The notes under the pieces are model-generated. The model did no database searches and was not told the origin of the DNA. It saw nothing but the letters and a program-made list of their open reading frames with translations. A DNA stretch of 64,000 nucleotides from a virus (taxonomy: Duplodnaviria > Caudoviricetes). The translations under genes and the position numbers were made by a program. Numbering within the stretch: the first letter of the stretch is position 1; the number at the start of each line of letters is the position of its first letter. The stretch covers positions 160,001 through 224,000 of the IMG/VR virus record IMGVR_UViG_3300022555_000003, one strand, 5' to 3'. Below are positions 18,749 to 28,231 of this stretch, piece after piece.

Positions 18749-19464
18749 TATTTGCTCAATGCCGGAATACGATAAATGTATGCTGCTTGGCCGCTATCAA
18801 CTTCAATTTCCATCATACCATCATTACTTAGACGTACAGTCTTGTCACCACTCAATGATAAAATAGATGAAATACGTTGAACTGGATAAGACCAAGCCGT
18901 GCGAAGTTTATCACTAGCAGGTTCATGAAAAATATATCGTCCAGTATGTGAACTTGGATCGCCAAATGTAACAACTAACTTACCCTTTTCAGTAACAAAC
19001 TGACAATTGTCAACGTCACTATTGGCACTGCTTTGGTACTTAAATCTCGTTGTAGAACTAGCTGAAGGTTCGAATTCTACTTCAAACTTTGCTCCAACAA
19101 ATTCAAGATCTGGAATTAATTGATTAGCAGTATCAGGCGACATCAAGCGATATGAATTATTATAATCACCAGATTCATTATTGAAAGAAATACTTTCAGC
19201 TTGATTCTTGCTGTTGTTAACTACTTTAATATTTGCATTTTCTTGATACTCAGGGCAGTTTAAAATTGTATTTAAACTATCAAGATTTGGAAATCCAATA
19301 GTTCCAGGAAGATCTGTAAGTTCAGTATGATACGTTCCTGATAAAACTACAGTCTTGTCATCTGAAATACCACTTACCTTGGTAACTCCATCTGTTGTTG
19401 AAATCTTGGTTCTCTTCATAAAACCAGATGTAAATTGAATAATCTCTTTTAGAGTGTTTTTCAT
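18748..19464 (-). CDS. sliding clamp (gp45-like)
   Basis: 238-aa beta-rich protein immediately downstream of PolB; size and position match T4-like clamps. Confidence 0.65.
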   Translation of the reverse strand: MKNTLKEIIQFTSGFMKRTKISTTDGVTKVSGISDDKTVVLSGTYHTELTDLPGTIGFPNLDSLNTILNCPEYQENANIKVVNNSKNQAESISFNNESGDYNNSYRLMSPDTANQLIPDLEFVGAKFEVEFEPSASSTTRFKYQSSANSDVDNCQFVTEKGKLVVTFGDPSSHTGRYIFHEPASDKLRTAWSYPVQRISSILSLSGDKTVRLSNDGMMEIEVDSGQAAYIYRIPALSK

Positions 19465-19472
19465 TGTTGCTC

Positions 19473-20684
19473 CTATTTAAAAAATTTTGAAAAATTACTT
19501 TTTGTCTGTCTACTTGTTTCTATATTTAGATTTAAAATACCAACTAAATTTTCAATCTTGTTATCAATTGCAGATGAAGACATTGCATCATCATCAAATG
19601 GCAATTCCTTAAACCATTGTGGAAGTCTGTGTTCGTCTATTGGATATGCAACACTTGTATAACCCATTGGATTATTTCTAAGTTTACATACAATAACTTT
19701 CATACCATCAAATATTTCTAATGCCATATTATCGTGATTGAGTTGCCGTAATACATTCCAATTCAATGAAGCCCTAACATGACCAGGTAAATTAGATTTC
19801 TTCTTTGCCTCAAGCTCTCTAAACTTTGTTAAATTATTAACACGTTTTGGCATACCTTTTTCCCAAGCTGGCAAATTTTGAAATACTTCTTTGAAGTTTA
19901 AAATCTTTTCTCGAACTAATGAAAAATCTACTTCAGTTAAGATATCCATTAAAATATCACGTAAGAAGTCTTGAACAATCTTTGGTGTATCTGCTCGCTT
20001 GAGATCTAATCCCATAGCTTTCATTTTACCAGGCGACCCATCTATATCAAGACGTTTGCCATCTTTATAATACATCAAAATAGCATAACGTTTCTTAGTG
20101 ATAAATAATCCAGTTTTGCCAACTAACTCAAGCCCACATCGAATTATTTTACCATTTTGTTCTGGAGAATGAAATGCATCAAAGCAAGCTTCTGGAAAAG
20201 TTTCATTAACCTGATTAGCTAATTCTTCGTATAACTTAATACAAGTCTCTTTATCCCATTCCATTTTATCATTTTCAACATCATCTTTTATTAATGGCCA
20301 AATTGAAAAAATATCTGAATCTGTATCTCCGTATATTACACCATCTCCAACATAGTCAAACTTTCCCGTCAAACAATTATTAATATAAGAAGCCATATGT
20401 CTAACAATAACACGTCCAGACAATGTCGTACTTTGTCCAACACGCTTATCATAAAATCGACAGCCAGGATTTAAAAAAGAACCATAAGCTGAATTTAAAC
20501 TATTCTTAGATACTAATTGTTTCTGATCATAACTAAAAATAGTTTGTTTAACTTCGTCTAGATTCTTATGAAAAATTTTGCCATCACGAATTTCAAGATC
20601 ATTTTCTAAAATAAACAACTTTAACTCTTCAACATTACCAGAGTCTATCAAATTTTGTAATTTCTGAAAGTCAATATTAATCAT
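19473..20684 (-). CDS. polB: family B DNA polymerase, C-terminal subunit
   Basis: KNSLNSAYG (motif B), YGDTDS (motif C), KKRYA, MGLDLKRADTP. Confidence 0.92.
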   Translation of the reverse strand: MINIDFQKLQNLIDSGNVEELKLFILENDLEIRDGKIFHKNLDEVKQTIFSYDQKQLVSKNSLNSAYGSFLNPGCRFYDKRVGQSTTLSGRVIVRHMASYINNCLTGKFDYVGDGVIYGDTDSDIFSIWPLIKDDVENDKMEWDKETCIKLYEELANQVNETFPEACFDAFHSPEQNGKIIRCGLELVGKTGLFITKKRYAILMYYKDGKRLDIDGSPGKMKAMGLDLKRADTPKIVQDFLRDILMDILTEVDFSLVREKILNFKEVFQNLPAWEKGMPKRVNNLTKFRELEAKKKSNLPGHVRASLNWNVLRQLNHDNMALEIFDGMKVIVCKLRNNPMGYTSVAYPIDEHRLPQWFKELPFDDDAMSSSAIDNKIENLVGILNLNIETSRQTKSNFSKFFK

Positions 20685-20709
20685 TAAGTCTTATTACTAT
20701 TATAGCAGG

Positions 20710-22362
20710 TCATACTAATTTATTCAACAGTTCCTTAGGAATTTTAATTCCATATTGTAAGTCGGAATATTGTCCCTTATATTTTTGATGTTCTTTTCTA
20801 CTTGTATACCATTTTCTAAATAACCCAGGAATAATTCCTTCTGCTGCTGTTGAAAAAATTGTTCCATTAGCACTTAACGTCCATGGTTTATTATTTGTCC
20901 ATATTAAGTTATACAGTTGGGCAGGTGACATTTCATCACTTTTACCAGTTTCCCAATCTACAATAATAACAGAACCAATATCTTGCTTCATCACTAATTG
21001 ATATTCTAGTGATCCAAACTGACCTTCCCAAGCATTGGCAAAAGTTAAACCTTCCTTCATTTTTTGTTTTATAAATGCATCTGTCATAACTGGTCTAATC
21101 TGTCCAATAATAGTTTCAGGACTCATATTTAACATTCTAAATGAGCTAGGATACAGACTATTAATATCAGTTACTCCTACATATTTATGAAACCCTTTCT
21201 TTGGATATGCAACATATGCACCTGCAACGCCATCGTGTTTTTCTACGCCATCTTCGTCTTCATCTTCAAGATCTTTGGGTTCATGTTTTCTGTTTGGAAC
21301 AACTAATTGTTTATCGTGACATTCATTAATTGCAGCTTGTTCTGTTTGTAAAACTGTTCCTTTAACTGTAGGAAGTAATACTGTATTAGTATGAGCAAGA
21401 TTGTTTGCTAATCCAATATAATGTAATTTTCTATCTAATAGGTCAAGAAGATTAACATCTTGTCTGTTATATTCAATAAACTTTTTGAAATCATTATTAT
21501 ATAACTGAGCCAATGTTCCATCATATTCAGTCTTAGATCCTAATTTTTCAAACTCTGCAATCGCATTTAAACTATAACTATGATGTTCACCAGGAGTAAA
21601 CTTTTTGTACAGTGCCATATAATCTAAATGAATTCGTCCTATTAGATCATATGATTCTTTTTCAACACCATATCTAGTATAAGAAAACTTCTTTGGATAC
21701 TGATTCCATAAACACAATCTACTTGTATCATTTTTTGATAATATCTTGCATATCCTATTCACTATATAGGGAATATCGTATCCCTCGCTGTTCCACCCGC
21801 TTAGAATATCACAATCATCTATCAAAGTTAAAAAAGTATTTAACAGATCAACTTCAGTCTCAAAAACAAAAGTATTACTAAACTGATTAGCGATTTCTTG
21901 ACCTTGCTCAAATGTTAAAGTTTTTGGAGGTAAAGCTAGAGTAACAAGTTCATCTAACCAATTCAAATAAACTGTAACCGCAGTTATTGGCATAAAAGCA
22001 TCTTCAGGACTGCTAAATCCACCTTTTGGGTCTGAGTCGACTTCTATATCAAAAAATCCAATATTCAACTTAGGAGAAGGTAAGTGCCTATAATTCTCGT
22101 ATAGGCACTGGAATGTCCAATTTAGATCACTTTCCCAAATAACTTTATTGCTGTGGATCCTAAGTTCTTTTTGAAACTCTTTAAAATTGTTGGTTTTAAA
22201 TTTACTTACAGAAGTATTATATATTGTTCTATACTTACCTTTATTATCAGTAAAATAAAATTCGTAATTAGCCAAATAATCTTTATAGATCCGCTGGCCA
22301 TTTACCCTCTCAACAACATATACTTTATTATCCTGCTTTGAAAATAATGCGTCCACATACAT
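20710..22362 (-). CDS. polB: family B DNA polymerase, N-terminal subunit (3'-5' exonuclease plus motif A)
   Basis: FFDIEV, GWNSEGYDIPY, YNRQD, GAYV, DINSLYPS. Confidence 0.92.
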   Translation of the reverse strand: MYVDALFSKQDNKVYVVERVNGQRIYKDYLANYEFYFTDNKGKYRTIYNTSVSKFKTNNFKEFQKELRIHSNKVIWESDLNWTFQCLYENYRHLPSPKLNIGFFDIEVDSDPKGGFSSPEDAFMPITAVTVYLNWLDELVTLALPPKTLTFEQGQEIANQFSNTFVFETEVDLLNTFLTLIDDCDILSGWNSEGYDIPYIVNRICKILSKNDTSRLCLWNQYPKKFSYTRYGVEKESYDLIGRIHLDYMALYKKFTPGEHHSYSLNAIAEFEKLGSKTEYDGTLAQLYNNDFKKFIEYNRQDVNLLDLLDRKLHYIGLANNLAHTNTVLLPTVKGTVLQTEQAAINECHDKQLVVPNRKHEPKDLEDEDEDGVEKHDGVAGAYVAYPKKGFHKYVGVTDINSLYPSSFRMLNMSPETIIGQIRPVMTDAFIKQKMKEGLTFANAWEGQFGSLEYQLVMKQDIGSVIIVDWETGKSDEMSPAQLYNLIWTNNKPWTLSANGTIFSTAAEGIIPGLFRKWYTSRKEHQKYKGQYSDLQYGIKIPKELLNKLV

Positions 22363-22394
22363 AGTTAATTTTACATCTCCTTTAGATGTGGGAA

Positions 22395-22670
22395 TTACTT
22401 CATTTTTACTGTGTCAAGAATGTTTGAAATTTGAGTATTATCCATTTCATTAACATCCCATGAATTCTTATATGCCATTTTTAATGCACGTTTCAAAACT
22501 GAAGGCTTAATTTCCCATTCTTTAGCTAGGTTATTAAGTGTATCTGCTAAACCCTCATTAAGTGTTTCAACTTCGTGCATCACACTTAATCCTTCCTTAA
22601 AAACTTGTTCTAATTTTACTTTTTCTTCACCATTAAAAATCTTTAACGTCTGAGTACTTGTATTTTCCAT
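22395..22670 (-). CDS. dsbA: DsbA-like double-stranded DNA-binding protein
   Basis: Size, helical pattern and LAKEWEIKPSVLKRALKMAYK resemble T4 DsbA/GapR-like proteins; likely start MENTST. Confidence 0.6.
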   Translation of the reverse strand: MENTSTQTLKIFNGEEKVKLEQVFKEGLSVMHEVETLNEGLADTLNNLAKEWEIKPSVLKRALKMAYKNSWDVNEMDNTQISNILDTVKMK

Positions 22671-22838
22671 ATTTACATTGTCCTTAGTATTAAGTTTAAC
22701 ATAACGTTCGGTACATGTCAACTGTCGTATTTAGTGGTGTTAAATTTGTACAAAATTTCTGTCACTAATATTTGTAGATGATAAATATTTGTGAAGTAGA
22801 AAATACTTCAATCAAACTAGTTTATGGAGAAGTAAAAT

Positions 22839-23126
22839 ATGAATATGGCACAATTTAGCACAGAAGAACAAGCTAAGGCAATGTTAGCTCTAATCGGTCC
22901 TATGGGCGGTGGTGGATCTTACTATGTACCTGAGTATGCTGGTCCGTTCAGTGTTGACTTAGGTCCGGATAGTGCAGTAAAGTTTTGGCATCTACGCCTT
23001 TTCAATGGCTTTGAATGCAACGTAGGCTTAAATCAAGCTAACGTAGACAAGTACGGCGTAGAACAAGCCAAGGCTCAGTCAAAGGCTGAAATGCAGGCTG
23101 CTGGACGTTGGACAATTAACGCTTAA
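22839..23126 (+). CDS. small late protein, probably highly expressed
   Basis: Upstream GATAAATA, GAAAA-loop hairpin and GGAG SD; rich in GCT/AAC/GGT/TAC codons; followed by a terminator. Confidence 0.75.
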   Translation: MNMAQFSTEEQAKAMLALIGPMGGGGSYYVPEYAGPFSVDLGPDSAVKFWHLRLFNGFECNVGLNQANVDKYGVEQAKAQSKAEMQAAGRWTINA

Positions 23127-23155
23127 CTAAAAGGGTAGGTGATCTTTAATTCTTG

Positions 23156-23188
23156 GAAATTGGAGCGTATAAATTACGCTCCATTTTC
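23156..23188. terminator. bidirectional intrinsic terminator between convergent genes
   Basis: GAAAT-TGGAGCGTA-TAAAT-TACGCTCCA-TTTTC. Confidence 0.75.
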
Positions 23189-23953
23189 ATGAGTGAGGAA
23201 ATATTTAAATATTTCTTGTTGATCTTTTCTTATTTTCAATAAATCGTCTGGTAAAGTAAACCACTTAGTATTACCAGTTTCAAAGTCTGTATTAGAAAAG
23301 TTATTAGGATCAAATATTTCACAAGCAAATACATGCAAATCGTATTGTTTATACTTAAAAATATTTATTGGCTCAACTTGTTTGACATTTGAAAGAACTA
23401 ATCCAACTTCTTCTTGTGCTTCTTTCAATGCATTATTTATTGGGCTGTAACTTGGTTCAATTCCACCTTTTGCTAATTGAAATTTTGTTCCACCAAATGA
23501 AGGATCAGACGGTTTCATTAGTAATACTTTTAATTTACCATTATCATAGTAATATGGAATCATCCCCGACTTATCTCTTTGTTTAGTTGAAATATCATGT
23601 AAAAACTTTATAGCTTGTAGCTTATTAGGAAATTCATGAAATAAATTAGTCTTTTCGTCTGTCAGATTGAAAGCATACCCACCACTAAGTGGATGCGAAG
23701 CAATATGTTTAATAATATTAAGAATATTTTTAGTAGTAGATTTAAATTCGTATTCAATTCTGGTTCCTGGAGTAAAGTTAACTCCACCCAAATAAGTAGC
23801 AAATCGTACCGCACCATTGTTCATTTCTAGATCAATATCTGGAACTAGATCTCTGTGTGCTGCTGGATAGTATCCTGAAAATCTTTCAATTAGTTTGCCG
23901 CTGGCTGTTATTAATCCAAAATATGTTTGATGTTCAACTTCATTTAATCTCAT
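23174..23953 (-). CDS. Nudix hydrolase with extra N-terminal domain and Glu-leader
   Basis: KGGIEPSYSPINNALKEAQEEVGL Nudix box; starts MRLNEVE. Confidence 0.82.
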   Translation of the reverse strand: MRLNEVEHQTYFGLITASGKLIERFSGYYPAAHRDLVPDIDLEMNNGAVRFATYLGGVNFTPGTRIEYEFKSTTKNILNIIKHIASHPLSGGYAFNLTDEKTNLFHEFPNKLQAIKFLHDISTKQRDKSGMIPYYYDNGKLKVLLMKPSDPSFGGTKFQLAKGGIEPSYSPINNALKEAQEEVGLVLSNVKQVEPINIFKYKQYDLHVFACEIFDPNNFSNTDFETGNTKWFTLPDDLLKIRKDQQEIFKYFLTHENGA

Positions 23954-25398
23954 TGTTTTAGGTTCCTAATCATATTTTTAGCCAATACTTCTGCATCATG
24001 TCTTGTAAAATTTGGATTCTTAAGAGTAGCATCAAGTATTTTATTTTTGATATCGCCAACTAGTCTACCTTTTGCACCCAACGCCATAATTTCATTACCA
24101 TCCAATATACTCTTAGTATTAAGGATTTGATTGATATCCATTTGTTGGATACGCTTTCTGATCATATTGATTTGTTCTGGCAATCCGTGACCTACAGCAT
24201 GAGAATTATTGTCTGCATTGATTACGTCCAACACATCCTCAAGATTGTGACTAACTCTGTAGATAAACTTTCTAAGAGTTGAATCCTTCATAAGTGTTCC
24301 ATCTGGACCAGCGCTCTTCAATCCCATATGATTACTGATAATAATACAAACTTTATCAATAACTTCAGTTGGGTATTTTAGTCTACGCAAAGCAACTTTT
24401 GCAATGTCTGCTCCAATACTTTCGTGACCAATAAATTGCACTTTTCCATCTTTTTCTGTTCTCGTTGAAGATTTTCCACAATCGTGAAATAGTGCCGCTA
24501 GTCTCTTAATAAGGTCTGGTGAACTATTGTCTAGAACTGTTAGAGTGTGTCCAAGTGCATCTTGGTTATGAAACTTGTTTTGCTTTAGCTTATCTAGTGC
24601 TTTAAGCTCAGGCAAAATTACGTCCATAATGCCAGTAATTCTAAATAGTTCAAATGCTTTACCAGGCTTATTAAGAACAAGAATTTTACTGATCTCATCA
24701 TTGATTCGTTCTGCACTGATACTCTTAAGAGAGGGAGCAGCTTTTTTAATTGATTTAATGACATTAAGTGGAAGAGTAAATCCATACTTAATTGCAAATC
24801 GAACAGCACGAAGAATACGAAGAGGATCTTCTGAAAATATTAGTTCTGGCTTTCCGGTTGTATTGAGTACTCCATTTTTAAGATCTTTCAAACCACGTCC
24901 ACTCAAATCAAGTATCTCACCAGTTTGTAGATTTTGAATTAGAGAATTTATTGTGAAATCTCTGCGTAGTACATCATCCTTCAACGTTCCAGCCACTACA
25001 GCTGGCTTACGACTTCCTGGAGTATATTTTTCTGTCCTGGGTGCTACAAACTCGACATCCATTGGTCCCGAATTTGTTTTGATTGCAAGTTTTGCAGTAA
25101 AATATGTTGGGAACAATACAGGATTGCTATCTTGCTTAAAAATACCAAGCTTTTTAGCAATAAATGTGGCTGCATCAAGCCCAGCAGTAGGTCCACCATC
25201 AACAACAATATCGATATCTTTTGAATTTTTACCCAAAAGTGTATCACGCACAAATCCTCCAGCAATAAATAGCCTTCCGTCGAATTCAGATCCTTCGATT
25301 GCATTTTTCAGAAGTTCAATTGTTTCGTCGGTTTGTGATGATTCCATTATCATACTACTATTATACACTCTTTGGTTGATAATTTCAAATATTTTCAT
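23950..25398 (-). CDS. cca: CCA-adding tRNA nucleotidyltransferase with HD domain
   Basis: AGGFVRD, KDIDI, DDVLRRDFTINS, EDPLRILRAVRF, ERINDE, HDCGK; starts MKIFEI. Confidence 0.92.
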   Translation of the reverse strand: MKIFEIINQRVYNSSMIMESSQTDETIELLKNAIEGSEFDGRLFIAGGFVRDTLLGKNSKDIDIVVDGGPTAGLDAATFIAKKLGIFKQDSNPVLFPTYFTAKLAIKTNSGPMDVEFVAPRTEKYTPGSRKPAVVAGTLKDDVLRRDFTINSLIQNLQTGEILDLSGRGLKDLKNGVLNTTGKPELIFSEDPLRILRAVRFAIKYGFTLPLNVIKSIKKAAPSLKSISAERINDEISKILVLNKPGKAFELFRITGIMDVILPELKALDKLKQNKFHNQDALGHTLTVLDNSSPDLIKRLAALFHDCGKSSTRTEKDGKVQFIGHESIGADIAKVALRRLKYPTEVIDKVCIIISNHMGLKSAGPDGTLMKDSTLRKFIYRVSHNLEDVLDVINADNNSHAVGHGLPEQINMIRKRIQQMDINQILNTKSILDGNEIMALGAKGRLVGDIKNKILDATLKNPNFTRHDAEVLAKNMIRNLKQ

Positions 25399-25407
25399 TA
25401 CTTTCCT

Positions 25408-25884
25408 TTATCCAATATACTTTTCTAATTTATTGCCGTCTGCTTGTTTTTTATATCCTAATCGTTCATAAAATGATTTGGCTGTTGAAGTTAACACTAT
25501 TTTCTTAACTCCTTTTATTTTAGCTTCTTTTTCTAACGCATTTATAACTTGTGATCCAGCGCCCCTTTCAATGGATCCAACATTCATAATTTCCGCTTCA
25601 GTTGATTTTCGTGGGATCCACATTGATCCAGCTGCTACAATCTTATTATTTAAAATAACAAATGCTGTCCTAATGTTAGCTCGCTGTGATAAAGGTGCAT
25701 TGATTTGTATTTCTAATACTGTACTAATATGACATAATGCAGCATATTCATGATTTTCTTCGCCGTTTTCTTCCAATTCAGCTATTCGTTCATCAACTTG
25801 TTTAATTGATTGACGTGCAATATTATCAGACAGATTAATGCCAGTTTGTACATTTTCTTTTAATATCATTTCTGTTATTTTCAT
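25408..25884 (-). CDS. GNAT acetyltransferase with Glu-leader
   Basis: ERGAGSQVINALEKEA (motif A), AKSFYERLGY; starts MKITEMILKE. Confidence 0.8.
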   Translation of the reverse strand: MKITEMILKENVQTGINLSDNIARQSIKQVDERIAELEENGEENHEYAALCHISTVLEIQINAPLSQRANIRTAFVILNNKIVAAGSMWIPRKSTEAEIMNVGSIERGAGSQVINALEKEAKIKGVKKIVLTSTAKSFYERLGYKKQADGNKLEKYIG

Positions 25885-26264
25885 TGCTTTTCTTTTTTCA
25901 CAAACGAATTTACAGGACTTCGTTTGTTTACTGTTGTCGATTCTTCACTTTTGGTTGTACTAATTTGCTTAATTGCACTTTTACCTGGCATCATTTTCAA
26001 AGCTAGTTTAATTGTTTCTTCATCTTCTGGACATTGTGTTGAGATAAACATATTCTCACCAAATATTGAGTCTTCTACATTAGTTTTTGGTAAAACTCCT
26101 GCTTGCAGAGCCCTTGCACGAGCAATAGCCATTCCCATCCTATATTGAAAATATGGGTCTTGATTGGTTAACTCAGGCAGAATAAATGCAGCAGGCAAAG
26201 CTCTTGCTACATCAATTTGAATACTACCTTCTCCACTTTCGTTTAATATTTCCTTAATAGTCAT
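25881..26264 (-). CDS. hypothetical protein with Glu-leader
   Basis: Starts MTIKEILNE; coupled to neighbours. Confidence 0.7.
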   Translation of the reverse strand: MTIKEILNESGEGSIQIDVARALPAAFILPELTNQDPYFQYRMGMAIARARALQAGVLPKTNVEDSIFGENMFISTQCPEDEETIKLALKMMPGKSAIKQISTTKSEESTTVNKRSPVNSFVKKEKQ

Positions 26265-26617
26265 TTAAAGTTTCCTGGATTCTTAGATTTATTGAAAAAG
26301 TCAGCAGTAACTTTATCACTTACATTAACTGGCTTATTCTCTTTTTTGTGAACTACATATGTTGGGTGTGGCAAATTTAATTGATGTGCTAATATTTTAC
26401 TTGGATTACCATAATATGATTGTTGTCCAATTCTAACGCTTATATCATTTATCCTTTGTATTGGAATATAAACTGATAGATTTCCTTTTGTATAAACATG
26501 CTCGTTATTTTGAACTCCATCATACATATATCCGTTGTCAACAAGCATATTATTCGAAATGACCTGATTGGCTGTCATCTTTCCAATTTTTTTGACACTA
26601 ACTTCACAAATTTGCAT
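26261..26617 (-). CDS. hypothetical protein with Glu-leader
   Basis: Starts MQICEV; GATAAATA (26624-26631) lies 6 nt upstream. Confidence 0.7.
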   Translation of the reverse strand: MQICEVSVKKIGKMTANQVISNNMLVDNGYMYDGVQNNEHVYTKGNLSVYIPIQRINDISVRIGQQSYYGNPSKILAHQLNLPHPTYVVHKKENKPVNVSDKVTADFFNKSKNPGNFK

Positions 26618-26626
26618 ATACTATAT

Positions 26627-27286
26627 TTATCTTATTTCTCGTTTTGCTTTTCGGGTTTCAGTTCGTTTTCTTATAGATTCGGCAGATTTTGGTTTGCCTT
26701 TAGATGCTTTTGATAAATTAGCTTTATGCTCATCAGATTTTGGTTTTGACATATTGGCTCTTGTTTCAGCAGATCGATTACTTTGCGCTTTTGACATATT
26801 GGCTCTTGTTTCAGCAGATCGATTACTTTGCGCTTTTGACATATTGGCTTTTGCTTCAGCAGATCTTGGTTTTGACATATTGGTTTTGACTTCATCTGTA
26901 TATTTTCTGCCTTTTTGTGCTTTTGACATAGCAACCGAATGTAAAATTCTAGCAGATTCATATTCTTCTGGAGTTGGAATATATCGACCCGTTTGATTTG
27001 GTCTTATAAAGCACATATTAAAAAATGCATGTGACATTTTATAATAATCAGGACCAATATATAACATCTGAGTTAATAACTGATGACATATAAAATGTTC
27101 TCGTCCAGTTAATACAACTAGATTATCGGGGTCATTTGGGTTGCCAGGTACCCATCCTGCTTTATAAAAACACCTTGGTATTATATGGTGCTTTTCGGTA
27201 TAAGTATCTGATGGAAGTGGAAACACTCTCGCCATCTCAATTATTTCATAATATCTTTTTGTTTGCGTGTTATTGATAAATATCAT
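26627..27286 (-). CDS. HNH homing endonuclease with NUMOD3-type repeats
   Basis: EKHHIIP...LVVLTGREHFICH; repeated SKPKSAETRANM units. Confidence 0.85.
   Translation of the reverse strand: MIFINNTQTKRYYEIIEMARVFPLPSDTYTEKHHIIPRCFYKAGWVPGNPNDPDNLVVLTGREHFICHQLLTQMLYIGPDYYKMSHAFFNMCFIRPNQTGRYIPTPEEYESARILHSVAMSKAQKGRKYTDEVKTNMSKPRSAEAKANMSKAQSNRSAETRANMSKAQSNRSAETRANMSKPKSDEHKANLSKASKGKPKSAESIRKRTETRKAKREIR
26744..26849. repeat. 45-bp tandem repeat encoding NUMOD3-type units
   Basis: Two perfect copies plus a partial copy (SKAQSNRSAETRANM). Confidence 0.85.
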
Positions 27287-27356
27287 TGCTGTTACTCCTT
27301 TTCAGTAATAGAGTAGTTGGGTGATTTCAACACCGCGAACTACATTATTATTTAGC
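27287..27356 (-). promoter_or_regulatory. late promoter plus conserved structured 5' leader (copy A)
   Basis: CTAAATA...GTAGTT-CGC-GGTG/CACC-C-AACTAC...TTACT-GAAAAGG-AGTAA; near-identical element at 61799-61869. Confidence 0.75.
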
Positions 27357-27362
27357 AAAAAT

Positions 27363-27391
27363 TTGACTTTAATACTGTAATTTGTTATAAT
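27363..27391 (+). promoter_or_regulatory. sigma70-like promoter, 6 nt upstream of ATG 27398
   Basis: TTGACT-17 nt-TATAAT with TG extension. Confidence 0.8.
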
Positions 27392-27397
27392 AAATAT

Positions 27398-28198
27398 ATG
27401 AACGTCATCAACATTTCAGTTTTACTTCCAACCCGCGGGCGCAAAGAACCGTTGTTAAAATGTTTAGATAGCTTACTTGAAAATGCTAAAGATAATACCA
27501 ATATTGAGGTATTATTAGGCGTAGACACTGATGATACTGAAGTAATAGAATACGTTGAAACTGTGATAATACCAAAATATTATCAAGTAACAATGTATTT
27601 GTTCAAGCAACTAGGCTATGAAAAATTAAATATGTATTATAATACTCTAGCTAATTTAGCTTACGGTAAGTGGCTATTTGTATTCAATGACGATGTTATA
27701 TTAGAAACACAAGACTGGGACAATGTTATTTACAAGTATGAATCTCATCCAATGCCACTGCTTCGTGTCAACGTTAGAAATATGGACCATCCATTTGCAC
27801 TATTTCCAATTATTAAAAAAGAAATGATTGAAGTTATGGGACAACTTAGCCCATATAGCCACATTGATCGATTTTTATATAACTGTGCAACAAATATTTG
27901 TAATGGAATTGTAATCGATATCCCTGTAGATGTAATCCACGATAGATTTGATATAACTGGTGCAAATAACGACGAAACATTTAAAAATAGTATTTCAACA
28001 TATGCTAAGACTGAAGGTAATCCGCTTGATCCAGCAAATGATGACTATCCAACTCAACACCAATATATGCTAATGTTAGTCAATCGTCTACGCCAGCATA
28101 TAAACAACAAATATAACTATGCTATCCCGCTTATTGATTTGAGTAAGCCAGTACAAGTGATTAAAAAAACTACTGCAAGTCACGGTTGTGCAAAATAA
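27398..28198 (+). CDS. GT-A (GT2-like) glycosyltransferase
   Basis: SVLLPTRGR, VDTDD, FNDD (DxD-type). Confidence 0.8.
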   Translation: MNVINISVLLPTRGRKEPLLKCLDSLLENAKDNTNIEVLLGVDTDDTEVIEYVETVIIPKYYQVTMYLFKQLGYEKLNMYYNTLANLAYGKWLFVFNDDVILETQDWDNVIYKYESHPMPLLRVNVRNMDHPFALFPIIKKEMIEVMGQLSPYSHIDRFLYNCATNICNGIVIDIPVDVIHDRFDITGANNDETFKNSISTYAKTEGNPLDPANDDYPTQHQYMLMLVNRLRQHINNKYNYAIPLIDLSKPVQVIKKTTASHGCAK

Positions 28199-28231
28199 TT
28201 GTGCTATAATAGTAGTATAAGGAAGTAATAA

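Noticed and set aside
19473-22362. Split intein in PolB
   Set aside because: No Cys/Ser-initiated IntN at the end of the first ORF and no HN-C/S/T junction in the second.
26744-26849. Short direct repeats as a possible CRISPR array (also 60944-61200)
   Set aside because: They are in-frame coding repeats with no unique spacers and no cas genes nearby.
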